Below, in pieces: positions 7,736 to 16,802 of a stretch of 33,742 nt of DNA. A program made the position numbers and the translations under genes. Positions within the stretch are counted from its first letter, which is position 1. The number at the start of each line of letters is the position of its first letter. A model generated the notes under the pieces. That model was given only the letters and a program-made list of their open reading frames with translations. It had not been told where the DNA came from and ran no database searches. Origin of the DNA: Bdellovibrionota bacterium (GTDB lineage Bacteria; Bdellovibrionota; Bdellovibrionia; Bdellovibrionales; JAEYZS01); assembly GCA_963169515.1 (NCBI GenBank), contig CAUJEF010000152.1, positions 1 through 33,742 of the forward strand. Reading direction: 5' to 3'.

Positions 7736-8826
7736 TCTTCCGTAGGCTGAAGCAATTTTACTTTCTTTAGCTCAACAATATTAGAGCGAAGCTGTTCGCA
7801 CGGGGCGGCAAGGTCCAGCACATTCATAGCCCCTCCAAACATTGAATAGAGATGTAATTTTTGATCAATACAAATCACACTAATATCTTCAGCTGGCCTA
7901 AAGCGTTTGCCATCTAGGCTCAATACAAATATTTTTCTCATACTCTCACTCAAATCTACATCAGTAATATTAGCGCTAGACGTGGGGCTGAACGCAACTC
8001 GCAACACTCCCAAAAGGCCTGCGACATTGCTTACGCGATGATAACATTTTTCAAAAAAAGAAAAGCCACTTAAATTTGTTGAAAAGAGTTCTTTTAATAT
8101 AACGCGATAAGCTTCCGAAGTTTTCATTCTGGAGGCCAATGCACAAAACCTTTGCGCACGGCCACAGTGGTAGAAACGCAGCAGATAATCCACTACCCCT
8201 CGATCAAAATAAACTTTGGCCATGGCTCGACGATCGGCGACTATATTTCCTCCAGAAAGAAACAACCTCGTTGATAAGTCAGTGTCCTCAAACCTTGCCA
8301 AAGATTCATCAAACCCTCCAATTGCAACAAAAAAATCTTTGCGATAAATACACGCTGCCGTATTGACGGCAGGGCCAACTCCATTGCGATGTACTACAGA
8401 AATGGCGGTTCCACAATATCGGGATTGATTGAGCTTCTTGCGATAGACATTCAAAAAATTTTTCTCACCGTCAGGAATGACCTGTCCCAACGCAATTCCG
8501 AAATGAGCTTCGTCCAATCTGCGACGCAGAATATCAAGCCACATTTTATCTAACACAACATCGCTATCGATAAATGCCAAAAACTTACCTTTTGCTGCTG
8601 CTACCCCAAAATTTCGAGCTGACCCGGCGCCCTTTTTTTTACAGCTCACGATTTGGATGTCAAATTTTCTCGCAATTTCTACAGTACGGTCGCAAGAGCC
8701 ATTATCAACTAAAATCACTTCGCAATGGCGCCCCCCTCTATAGAGGTTCAAAATGGATTCTATAGTTGCGCCAATAGTCTTTTCTGAGTTTAGCGCTGGT
8801 ATAATAAATGTGGTATCAACTGTCAT
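7717..8826 (-). CDS. GT2-family glycosyltransferase with a possible degenerate RRE-like C-terminal tail
   Basis: Likely start 8826 (MTVDTTFIIPALN). VDNGSCDRT, ARNFG, FIDSD (DxD), GGFDE...EDTDL. Confidence 0.9.
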   Translation of the reverse strand: MTVDTTFIIPALNSEKTIGATIESILNLYRGGRHCEVILVDNGSCDRTVEIARKFDIQIVSCKKKGAGSARNFGVAAAKGKFLAFIDSDVVLDKMWLDILRRRLDEAHFGIALGQVIPDGEKNFLNVYRKKLNQSRYCGTAISVVHRNGVGPAVNTAACIYRKDFFVAIGGFDESLARFEDTDLSTRLFLSGGNIVADRRAMAKVYFDRGVVDYLLRFYHCGRAQRFCALASRMKTSEAYRVILKELFSTNLSGFSFFEKCYHRVSNVAGLLGVLRVAFSPTSSANITDVDLSESMRKIFVLSLDGKRFRPAEDISVICIDQKLHLYSMFGGAMNVLDLAAPCEQLRSNIVELKKVKLLQPTEDQFISM

Positions 8827-8916
8827 ACTTGTGCTTTTATACCGAAATAGATTTTTAGACAATTACCTAAAATAATTCCTTGCCAAGTCATAGTCACATT
8901 GTCGTCTAATAATAAG

Positions 8917-9936
8917 ATGAAAACGTGGCTTATTACCGGTGGCGCCGGGTTTATTGGTAGCGCTTTGCTGCGCACAGCAATCGAGGGTGGGCATCGCTGC
9001 ATTGTTTTAGATAAACTCACCTACGCTGGCCAGATTCAAAATATCAAGTCAGTGATCAACGGCGAGTCGGCCGTTTTTATCAAAGGTGACATATGCGATT
9101 CCAATCTAGTCACGACACTCTTGAAAGAATATCAAGTCGATTACATTGTTAATTTAGCGGCAGAGACCCATGTCGACACTTCCATTTCTGATCCCGGGAA
9201 ATTTATTGACACAAATATTAGCGGTACCTATCGACTTTTAGAAGCCGCAAGAGAATATTGGGTAAACTTAAACCCCGAAAAAAAAAGATTCTTCCGATTT
9301 TTACATGTATCTACCGATGAGGTTTTTGGTGAGTTAAATGATTCTGGAATATTTAGCGAGACGACAGCCTATGCTCCTCGATCCCCCTACTCTGCCTCAA
9401 AGGCCGCTGCAGATCATCTTGTACAGTCCTGGCACCACACTTTTGGGTTACCAACAATTGTCACGTTAAGTTCAAATAATTATGGGCCCAGACAATTCCC
9501 AGAGAAATTAATCCCGCGAATGATAAGTTGCGCTATTCGAGAAGCTAATCTTCCTGTTTACGGTCAAGGGCTCAATATTCGCGATTGGATATATGTAGAT
9601 GATCACACCCGCGGCCTGAATCTTGCGCTTGAGTTTGGGAAACCTGGTGCCTCATACTGCTTCGGCGGTAAATCTGAACGTAAGAATATCGATGTGGTCA
9701 ATTCTATTGCGATGAATCTCAATACCCTAAAGCCTCGAAAAAATGGCGCCAACTACAAAGACCTGATATCTTTTGTAGAAGATCGACCTGGACACGATTA
9801 TCGCTATGCCATTGACTCAGCAAAAGCCGAACGAGACCTAGGCTTTACTCTTGTCACCAATTTTGAAGATGGCTTAAGAAAAACTATCATGTGGTACCTT
9901 AGCAATGCCGCTTGGCTAAAAGATATTGCAATATGA
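8917..9936 (+). CDS. rfbB: dTDP-glucose 4,6-dehydratase
   Basis: TGGAGFIGS, DKLTYAG, AAETHVD, HVSTDEVFG, YSASKA, NNYGPRQFPEKLIP, DRPGHD.RYA. ATG 8917 is preferred over TTG 8899. Confidence 0.97.
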   Translation: MKTWLITGGAGFIGSALLRTAIEGGHRCIVLDKLTYAGQIQNIKSVINGESAVFIKGDICDSNLVTTLLKEYQVDYIVNLAAETHVDTSISDPGKFIDTNISGTYRLLEAAREYWVNLNPEKKRFFRFLHVSTDEVFGELNDSGIFSETTAYAPRSPYSASKAAADHLVQSWHHTFGLPTIVTLSSNNYGPRQFPEKLIPRMISCAIREANLPVYGQGLNIRDWIYVDDHTRGLNLALEFGKPGASYCFGGKSERKNIDVVNSIAMNLNTLKPRKNGANYKDLISFVEDRPGHDYRYAIDSAKAERDLGFTLVTNFEDGLRKTIMWYLSNAAWLKDIAI

Positions 9937-10670
9937 TCAACTGCGATTTGCACATTGGTGCAATTTTTATCGCGTATAATGCAGAACAGACATTAGAAAA
10001 TTTCTATAAAAACTTTCCTAAGTCTGAAGTAAAAACGATGATCCTCGTCGATGACGCTTCAACAGATGGAACTTATGGTTTGGCGTTGAAATTAGGAATA
10101 CCCACGTACAGGAATGCCCATAACCTAGGTTACGGAGGGAATTTAAAAAGAGCTCTTGCTCTAGCTGAAAAACACGGGATGGATATAATAATAGATCTCC
10201 ATCCTGATGGCGAATATGACGCCTCTGCAATACCTGCAGCAATTGAAAAAATTAGAAATGGAGCCGATCTTGTAATCGGAAATAGATTTACAAAAATAAC
10301 TGACCAAATAAATAGCGGCATGTATTTATGGAAACTCATTCCAATATTACTGCTAAATACAATTGCAAGGTATACACTCAATTTAAAATTGAACGACATT
10401 CATCAAGGATTTCGTGTCTACACCCGGCATATGCTAAAGAGTATCAATTATAAAGAGAATTCAAATAACTATCTTTTTAGTTTTGAACTAATTGTACAGG
10501 CGGTGATGGCAAATCTAGATATTGCAGAGGTGCCCGTAAAAACCCACTACGTCGGTAATAAACGAGGTGCCACGCTAAAACAAAGCACCCTATACTCATT
10601 AGGTGTTATCAGGATCATTGCGCTTTTCATCCTGTCTAAACTCGGCGCAAAGTCGCGGCTGTTCAGATGA
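9933..10670 (+). CDS. GT2 polyprenol-phosphate glycosyltransferase (Ppm1/DPM1-like)
   Basis: ATG 9933 forms an ATGA overlap with the rfbB stop. VDDASTDGT, NLGYGGN, HPDGEY, V.GNRF, D.HQGFRVY, EVPV.T.Y. Confidence 0.88.
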   Translation: MINCDLHIGAIFIAYNAEQTLENFYKNFPKSEVKTMILVDDASTDGTYGLALKLGIPTYRNAHNLGYGGNLKRALALAEKHGMDIIIDLHPDGEYDASAIPAAIEKIRNGADLVIGNRFTKITDQINSGMYLWKLIPILLLNTIARYTLNLKLNDIHQGFRVYTRHMLKSINYKENSNNYLFSFELIVQAVMANLDIAEVPVKTHYVGNKRGATLKQSTLYSLGVIRIIALFILSKLGAKSRLFR

Positions 10671-11890
10671 AGACGTGTCGTATTTGTAATAGCAGAAAAC
10701 TCCGCACATTTTTGTCATTAGGTGATATGCCCCTTCCGAATGGATTTCTTTTAGAGGATGAGCTTAAGAAAACCGAAGCCAAATACGATCTGAGTGTCAG
10801 TATTTGCAAATCATGCTCCCTTGTTCAGTTGAATACAGTTGTACCACCCGAATTGATGTTTACAAATTATTTATATATCCCCTCGACTTCTTCAACGATG
10901 CTTAGCCATTTCGAAAAAATGGCTGATGATTTAATTGAAAAGCTTAGGCTTACCCATGATGACCTTGTCTTAGATATTGGTTGCAATGATGGGACATTTC
11001 TCAACTTTTTTCATAAAAGATCTCTTCCTGCACTTGGAGTTGATCCGGCAAAAAATCTTATCCCCCCCGTGCAAAAAAAAAATATCAACATAATTAGCGA
11101 TTTTTTTTCTAAAGTACTTGCAGAAACCCTAATCTTACAGGGCTACAAGCCTAAATTAATTACAGCAACAAATGTTTTAGCACATATTGATGATTTACAC
11201 GACTTTTGTTCTGGAGTGCATACCTTACTTCGTGGGTCTGGAGTCTTCGTGGCAGAGTTTCCATATCTCGTGGATCTCCTCGAAAAAACACAATTTGATA
11301 CAATTTATCATGAGCATCTCTCATACTTTTCCTTAACCCCTCTTGTTCGTCTGTTTGAAATGCACGATATGGAAATCTTTGATTTGAGCAGAATTCCCAT
11401 TCATGGTGGCTCAATTCGAATTTTCGTAGGAAAAACAGGTGATCATGTGGTTATGCCCTCTGTTGGCGCTTGTCTTCGCGAAGAGGAAAACCTCGAACTA
11501 AACGTAGATCATATTTATGATGAGTTCACAGCGAGAGTAAAATTTAATGCTCATTCTCTAACACAGTGCTTGAAAGACCTAAAGCGCTTAGGGAACCGCA
11601 TAGTCGGTTATGGAGCTCCAGCGAAAAGCAGCGTACTTTTGAATTACAGTGGTATTTCTAACGAACTCATCGAATATATTGTAGATTCAATTCCATGCAA
11701 ACAAGGACGTTACACTCCGGGGACAAGAATTCCTATCCATTCTGAAGAGAAACTGAATTTTGACAATCCTGACTATCTGGTGATATTTGCCTGGAATTTT
11801 AAAGATGAAATATTGAAAAAACAAGCTTCATTTTGCAAACGAGGGGGCCGCTTTATAGTCCCAAGCCCGTCCGTTATGATGTTGCCTTGA
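10667..11890 (+). CDS. NDP-hexose C-methyltransferase (TylCIII/NovU/TcaB9-like, Zn-binding)
   Basis: N-terminal CRIC...CKSC zinc site, DIGCNDG, NVLAH, DTIYHEHLSYF, IHGGS, YGAPAK, KQGRYTPG, AWNF. Confidence 0.92.
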   Translation: MKTCRICNSRKLRTFLSLGDMPLPNGFLLEDELKKTEAKYDLSVSICKSCSLVQLNTVVPPELMFTNYLYIPSTSSTMLSHFEKMADDLIEKLRLTHDDLVLDIGCNDGTFLNFFHKRSLPALGVDPAKNLIPPVQKKNINIISDFFSKVLAETLILQGYKPKLITATNVLAHIDDLHDFCSGVHTLLRGSGVFVAEFPYLVDLLEKTQFDTIYHEHLSYFSLTPLVRLFEMHDMEIFDLSRIPIHGGSIRIFVGKTGDHVVMPSVGACLREEENLELNVDHIYDEFTARVKFNAHSLTQCLKDLKRLGNRIVGYGAPAKSSVLLNYSGISNELIEYIVDSIPCKQGRYTPGTRIPIHSEEKLNFDNPDYLVIFAWNFKDEILKKQASFCKRGGRFIVPSPSVMMLP

Positions 11891-12644
11891 GATATTCAAC
11901 TGTTTCAAAAATTTCTCTCCCTAGAGGAGTTAGCTTGGATCGCACATCACCTAGAAACGCCCTCTCCACAAGTGACACTATACTTTCAACAGAAGTTAGT
12001 CTTTTCGAGCAGATATTAATTGTTCCAGTTTCATTGCTATCTTCTAAAACAGCTAACTTGTCAGCAACATTTCGCACATAAACAAAATCATGAGCAGGGT
12101 TCCGTGGGACAATGAGGGGGCGCTCCCCCATGGACAGTCTTTTAACAGTCGCTGAAATCAACTTTTCGGGCGGTTCATGGGGGCCAAACACATAGGATAT
12201 CCTTCCCCAAGCGCTGCTTAAGCCGCGAAAATCTGTTTCAAGAGCACTCTTTAATTTCAGCTTTGAAATCGAATAGTTTGATTTAGATAAAATCTCCGCT
12301 ATGGACCCTGCGATAACGGCTCTGCAACCTCCTGATTTTTTAAAAAAGTCTATCAACTTCAAACTTGCGTCTAACCAGAGAAAGTTTTGTTGTGCCATTG
12401 CATATTCTCCATGTTTCGTGTGCCAAGCTAAATGTAGCAAATGCGTCGGCTCAACTCTTTTTATTAAGTCGGCTACTTGTTGCTCATCCAGCAAATTGGC
12501 CTGATGCCAATTAATCTGTGGAGTGTTTGCCGGGACTGAAGCACGAGAAACCGCATGGATTTTAAAACCTTTTTTTATCAGAATCGGCAAACAATGACTT
12601 CCAATAAATCCTCTTGCCCCAGTTACGAGAATTTTTCTGTTCAT
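11874..12644 (-). CDS. NAD(P)-dependent sugar epimerase / 4-ketoreductase (extended SDR)
   Basis: ILVTGARGFIG, HLLHLAW, YSISK (YxxxK), VFGP.E. ATG 12644 forms an ATGA overlap with the rfbC stop. Confidence 0.88.
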   Translation of the reverse strand: MNRKILVTGARGFIGSHCLPILIKKGFKIHAVSRASVPANTPQINWHQANLLDEQQVADLIKRVEPTHLLHLAWHTKHGEYAMAQQNFLWLDASLKLIDFFKKSGGCRAVIAGSIAEILSKSNYSISKLKLKSALETDFRGLSSAWGRISYVFGPHEPPEKLISATVKRLSMGERPLIVPRNPAHDFVYVRNVADKLAVLEDSNETGTINICSKRLTSVESIVSLVERAFLGDVRSKLTPLGREIFETVEYLKATS

Positions 12645-13159
12645 TTGTGTGTGCATAATTGCTTCCACATTGGGAGCGCTTGGTCTCGCTCAGAAATGAT
12701 CGTGGCGCATGAAGGCCATTGAATAGCTAAATCCGAATCATTCCAACGAATCCCACTCTCAACCGCTGGATTATAAAAATCAGTTGTATGATAGAGAACA
12801 TCTGCAGGAGTATCGCCAAGCACACAAAATCCATTAGCAAAACCGGGAGGGATCCACAGTTCCAGACCATTTACCTCACTTAATTCTACAGAAAAATGCT
12901 TACCGCGAGTTGGTGATTCATTCCGAATATCTACGACCACATTCCATATGCTGCCGCGAACAACTCCGACAAGCTTTCCTTGACCAATTTGATAATGAAG
13001 ACCCCTCAAAGAATTGGGATAAGAGCGCGAATGATTTGTCTGAACAAAGTTTACATGAATATTCTGCTCACTAAACGTACGCTTATTCCAGAGCTCCTGG
13101 AAGAATCCTCGGCTATCTTGAATTTGATGATTCTTTAATATTTTCAAACCTTCAAACAT
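12641..13159 (-). CDS. rfbC: dTDP-4-dehydrorhamnose 3,5-epimerase
   Basis: DSRGFF.E, FVQ.NHSRS, LRGLHYQ, QGKLV, WIPPGFA, GIRWND. Confidence 0.95.
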   Translation of the reverse strand: MFEGLKILKNHQIQDSRGFFQELWNKRTFSEQNIHVNFVQTNHSRSYPNSLRGLHYQIGQGKLVGVVRGSIWNVVVDIRNESPTRGKHFSVELSEVNGLELWIPPGFANGFCVLGDTPADVLYHTTDFYNPAVESGIRWNDSDLAIQWPSCATIISERDQALPMWKQLCTHK

Positions 13160-13237
13160 TGTCCCCTACGCAACAACTGCACTAACATACTCTTAATATA
13201 CTTTTGATGCTATCACTTGTCGATAGGACTTAACATC

Positions 13238-14806
13238 TTACGGCTTAATGGCACCAACGGGAATCCATCCAGGGTTGCTGGATGCGCCGTCGGTTTCATA
13301 GGCGCCGACGTCAAATGGTGCAGCTCGCGTATGGCCGTTAAAATCTATGTCTGCCTTGTATGCGGGATCGGCGGTACCAATTAGTGGGGAGCCTGGGCGA
13401 GGGAAAAAATTCATGGCGGCAGCGTTGATAAATGCATTCGCCGCAGTGCCACCATTGAAAAATCGGTTATTATCAACTGAAGCGCCACTTCCTGTTAGGT
13501 AATTATTTTTTACTATGGCACTACCAAACGATGAACTGACATTGGAATAGACCGCATTATTTGCAAATACCATCCCAGGCAACCCGCTCCATTGCAGATA
13601 TAAATCCGAGTTATAAATTGTATTGTGGGTTACGATGACGTCCCGTCGGCCACTTACCTGCCCATGGTTATAGGACGCAATGCCATAGCCAGAATTAACA
13701 ACTATGTTGTTTCTCACTATCGTATTTGATGTCGCAACAATCCCTTCACCCGTATTCCAGCAAACATTGCCCTCTATAATATTAGCCGTGCTTGCCCCAT
13801 AAGACCAGATACATGGGTACTGCACGCCAGTTTGAGTGTGAATAACATTGTTTCTGACAATATTACCACCGCTACCAACCTTCATTTCAATACCGTCGTT
13901 ACCGCCGCTGTTATCCGAATTTAAATCATGAATATAATTATTTTCAAAAATACTATTCATTACACGGCATGTGTTATTGTTGCAGCCGATATACAATCCC
14001 TCACCTTCCGTGTCTGAACCGGATCGACCCGTATGATGGATATGATTTCTTCGAATAACAATCGAATCGGCATTTCCGCTATTCATTGGAATCGCATTAT
14101 TTAGAGTATTATAAATTTCATTGTCTTCGAAAATAATATTATTACCGCTCATAAATCGAACGCCTGAGCTTCCACCTTCAAATTTAATTCCCTGAATTAC
14201 CAGATAAGAACAGTTGTCGAGCTCAATATTATTTTGGTTGTTAGGGTCATTTTGTTTAAAAATAACTGTTTCGCCCGGTGCGGCCATGATCGTAATATAG
14301 TTTTGTGCATTTCCACGAAGCGACAGCGAGCGGCGTGTGCTTTGACAGTAGGTTCCTCCCCGGATAATCATCCGATCCCCAGGTAAAAGTGTCGAGGCTA
14401 AGTTCTCAAAATCCTCATTGCAAGCACCATTGGCTGGTGGATTCAATGTCACGGTTTTTCCTGTAACAGGCGGAACTGATGGGACCGGAGTTAGCGACGG
14501 GCGGGGTGTTGATGTTGGAGATGGAGGCACAGTTGCCGTAGGCGTAGGCGTAGGCGTAGGTGATGGCCGTGGCGTTGCAGACGGAGTTGCCGTCGGTGAC
14601 GGACGTGGTGTTGTGGATGGAGTTACGGATGGTATAGGCGTAGCACTCGGCACAGGTGTTGGGGTGCTTCCGGCGCAAAGCTCACCTGTGGGACAACTGC
14701 TTGAATTCAAACTCAAAGATTTAAAACCCTCGCCACAGTTATTGAAAAATACAAGAAGGCCCAGAACCACTAAAATTCTTGAAATTTTATGAAGCTTTTG
14801 TTTCAC
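13238..14806 (-). CDS. Lipoprotein with Pro/Thr-rich linker and right-handed parallel beta-helix domain (putative polysaccharide-acting)
   Basis: GTG start and a signal peptide ending FFNNC. PT linker, then PGD.M.IRGGTY, repeated N.I.H/N beta-helix turns and a C-terminal DVGAYE motif. Confidence 0.82.
   Translation of the reverse strand: MKQKLHKISRILVVLGLLVFFNNCGEGFKSLSLNSSSCPTGELCAGSTPTPVPSATPIPSVTPSTTPRPSPTATPSATPRPSPTPTPTPTATVPPSPTSTPRPSLTPVPSVPPVTGKTVTLNPPANGACNEDFENLASTLLPGDRMIIRGGTYCQSTRRSLSLRGNAQNYITIMAAPGETVIFKQNDPNNQNNIELDNCSYLVIQGIKFEGGSSGVRFMSGNNIIFEDNEIYNTLNNAIPMNSGNADSIVIRRNHIHHTGRSGSDTEGEGLYIGCNNNTCRVMNSIFENNYIHDLNSDNSGGNDGIEMKVGSGGNIVRNNVIHTQTGVQYPCIWSYGASTANIIEGNVCWNTGEGIVATSNTIVRNNIVVNSGYGIASYNHGQVSGRRDVIVTHNTIYNSDLYLQWSGLPGMVFANNAVYSNVSSSFGSAIVKNNYLTGSGASVDNNRFFNGGTAANAFINAAAMNFFPRPGSPLIGTADPAYKADIDFNGHTRAAPFDVGAYETDGASSNPGWIPVGAIKP
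14468..14665 (-). repeat. Low-complexity Pro/Thr/Ser linker including (CGTAGG)x4 at 14537-14560
   Basis: Encodes [10 protein letters not shown]...[12 protein letters not shown]...PSVPP. The hexamer tandem is read directly from the sequence. Confidence 0.9.
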
Positions 14807-14812
14807 AAGTTC

Positions 14813-14839
14813 TTATCGTCAGCTCTTATTGCGGACTAA
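14813..14839 (-). promoter_or_regulatory. Sigma28 (FliA)-like promoter for the beta-helix lipoprotein gene
   Basis: Minus strand TTAG-N15-GACGATAA versus consensus TAAA-N15-GCCGATAA. It ends 6 nt before the GTG start. Confidence 0.55.
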
Positions 14840-14854
14840 AGTCCTGTCTACCTG

Positions 14855-14880
14855 TTTGACAGTTTTAGCCAACTGTCAAA
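14855..14880. other. Perfect 10-bp inverted repeat with 6-nt loop downstream of the S8 gene (hairpin or operator)
   Basis: TTTGACAGTT-ttagcc-AACTGTCAAA, with no following U-tract. Confidence 0.6.
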
Positions 14881-14887
14881 TCCCTGG

Positions 14888-16327
14888 TTATTTCAAAATT
14901 TCTATATTCCGTGTACTGGCCACCTGCTCGCCATTCCCAGTTGCTGTCACAGTGATTTTGCCAGCAGCTTTTGCAACCAAGGTTCCTGTATCATCTATTG
15001 TCGCCAACGTGCTATTGTCCACGCTCCATTTTACGCCCCCACCAAAACCGTAGGCTGTAAATTGAATTGAACCGTTTTTAGCCAATCTAAACTGGCCAGG
15101 CCAAACCTGTGGGCCGCCTTGAAATTGTCGAAGCGCCATATCTGCATTCGCCAACCCACCCGTTGCAACCGGCAGTGAAGATCCACGAACAGCATTTAGA
15201 ACTGCGTTTTTCAAATCCAAAACACTAAGCCCTGGATGGACGGACAATATAAGAGCGGCAATTCCCGCCACTGCAGGGGTAGCCATCGAAGTGCCACTCA
15301 ACCGACCGTAGGCTTTATTGCTGTTATTTAATGCAGACATAATATTTAAACCAGGCGCGCAAATGTGTGTTGTTCGGCGTCCGTAGTTCGACCAAGATGA
15401 AACACTGCCTGAGTTCGTCGAAGCAGCGCTACATACCGAAATCAAATTAGGTAATTTGTAGCCCGATGGATAGTTTGGGTTTGAATCTGTATTTTGCCCA
15501 CTATTACCAGCGGCCGCAAAAAACAAAACCCCTTTAGATCCGGCATAGACAAGAGAATCATACATTGCCTGATTAAAACTATCACCACCCCAGCTTGCGT
15601 TGATAATCCTGGCGCCATTGTTTGCGGCATACAGAATAGTTTGGATTCCACCCTCTGTGCTACCCGAGCCTGATGCGCTTAAGAATTTCACTGGCATAAT
15701 CGTCACCGACCAGTTTACACCGGCCAAACCCTTACCGTTGTTTCCTTCAGCTCCAATAATTCCTGAAACGTGAGTTCCATGCTTGTTATCATCATTGGAT
15801 TGGTTGGTATTTTTATAGAAATTCCAGCCATGAACATCGTCAATAAATCCATTTCCGTCGTCATCTTTGCCATTGCCATCAATTTCGCCCTTATTGGTCC
15901 AAATATGATTCGCAAGATCTTCATGGGACCATTTGACGCCCGTATCGCTAACCGCTACGACAACATTTTTTGAACCCGTCGATATGTCCCATGCCGGCCG
16001 CAATCGAAGCGCGTCACCCGACCACGCTTTCGGATCGTTTGGTTTTGCATAGGCTTTGATTTTGTGGTTGGGCTCTACATAAAGAACCCTTACGTTTGCC
16101 TTTAATTCAATTAACTTTTCTGGAGTGAATTTATCTTCTGGCTTTCCGACATAAAGATTCAATTCAGGAATAATGTTCGTAATAATCATTCCTGCATCCA
16201 TAATTATTGCTTCAGCCTCAACACCAACCGTGTCTTCTGTAAAACGAACAAGCAACTTATCATCAAAGAGATCGTTCGCAATCGCAGGTAAGCCAAAAAA
16301 TAAGACAAGTATGATTATTTTCTTCAT
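14888..16327 (-). CDS. Secreted S8 subtilisin-like serine protease with C-terminal Ig-like (Big_2) domain
   Basis: Start 16327 after GGAGGA, with a signal peptide. Catalytic triad VSDTG, HGTHVSG, GTSMATP, DDDGNGFIDD insert, and WSVDNSTLATIDDTG Ig-like tail. Confidence 0.95.
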   Translation of the reverse strand: MKKIIILVLFFGLPAIANDLFDDKLLVRFTEDTVGVEAEAIIMDAGMIITNIIPELNLYVGKPEDKFTPEKLIELKANVRVLYVEPNHKIKAYAKPNDPKAWSGDALRLRPAWDISTGSKNVVVAVSDTGVKWSHEDLANHIWTNKGEIDGNGKDDDGNGFIDDVHGWNFYKNTNQSNDDNKHGTHVSGIIGAEGNNGKGLAGVNWSVTIMPVKFLSASGSGSTEGGIQTILYAANNGARIINASWGGDSFNQAMYDSLVYAGSKGVLFFAAAGNSGQNTDSNPNYPSGYKLPNLISVCSAASTNSGSVSSWSNYGRRTTHICAPGLNIMSALNNSNKAYGRLSGTSMATPAVAGIAALILSVHPGLSVLDLKNAVLNAVRGSSLPVATGGLANADMALRQFQGGPQVWPGQFRLAKNGSIQFTAYGFGGGVKWSVDNSTLATIDDTGTLVAKAAGKITVTATGNGEQVASTRNIEILK

Positions 16328-16552
16328 TTGTTCCTCCAGAATTTTGGTCACATTTAGGATGGCCGAAATTTTCTATACAGCCTAGCCCTTCCCCCGCATC
16401 GTTGTAAAACTTGGACTTTTTGCTGTAGAACTATTTATCAATATGAAACACATTATTCACCCTAACTACCTCAAACCCCAGTATTTCACAGCTCTGTGAA
16501 CTTCGACCCGGCAGTACATTTGCATTTTAAATAGAATATAAAGGGGGATCTT

Positions 16553-16750
16553 GTGGCAAAACACAGGCATACCAGCGAAGTCGAAAAAATGTATTACGAA
16601 CTAAAGCCATTCTTATTTCTGGCATTGGCCCTCTATGGTATTGCACGATCGTCGGGGTCGACGTTGCTCGGCGTGTCCAGCCTTCTGCTGATGACGTGTG
16701 CTGGTTTAATATTGCACGCCCGCCTCAGATATCGAACTACTCGTCGGTAA
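16553..16750 (+). CDS. Small two-TM hypothetical membrane protein
   Basis: GTG start after AAGGGGG. Two hydrophobic segments and a basic tail. Confidence 0.6.
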   Translation: MAKHRHTSEVEKMYYELKPFLFLALALYGIARSSGSTLLGVSSLLLMTCAGLILHARLRYRTTRR

Positions 16751-16802
16751 ATACTAAAAATTTGGCCTTATAAAAGAACTCTGATTTTCCGAATAATCCT
16801 AC

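Noticed and set aside
14415..14792. Plus-strand ORFs (87 aa and 124 aa) with YAYAYA / VGVGVG repeats
   Set aside because: They are antisense shadows of the Pro/Thr linker.
14888..16327. S8 protease as a LanP leader peptidase
   Set aside because: It looks like a generic thermitase-like secreted subtilase with an Ig tail, and is separated from the cluster by another gene. The S26-like protein is a closer candidate.
16443..16499. Short ORF MKHIIHPNYLKPQYFTAL in the S8/cpaF intergenic region
   Set aside because: No RBS, no precursor-like features, and expected by chance.
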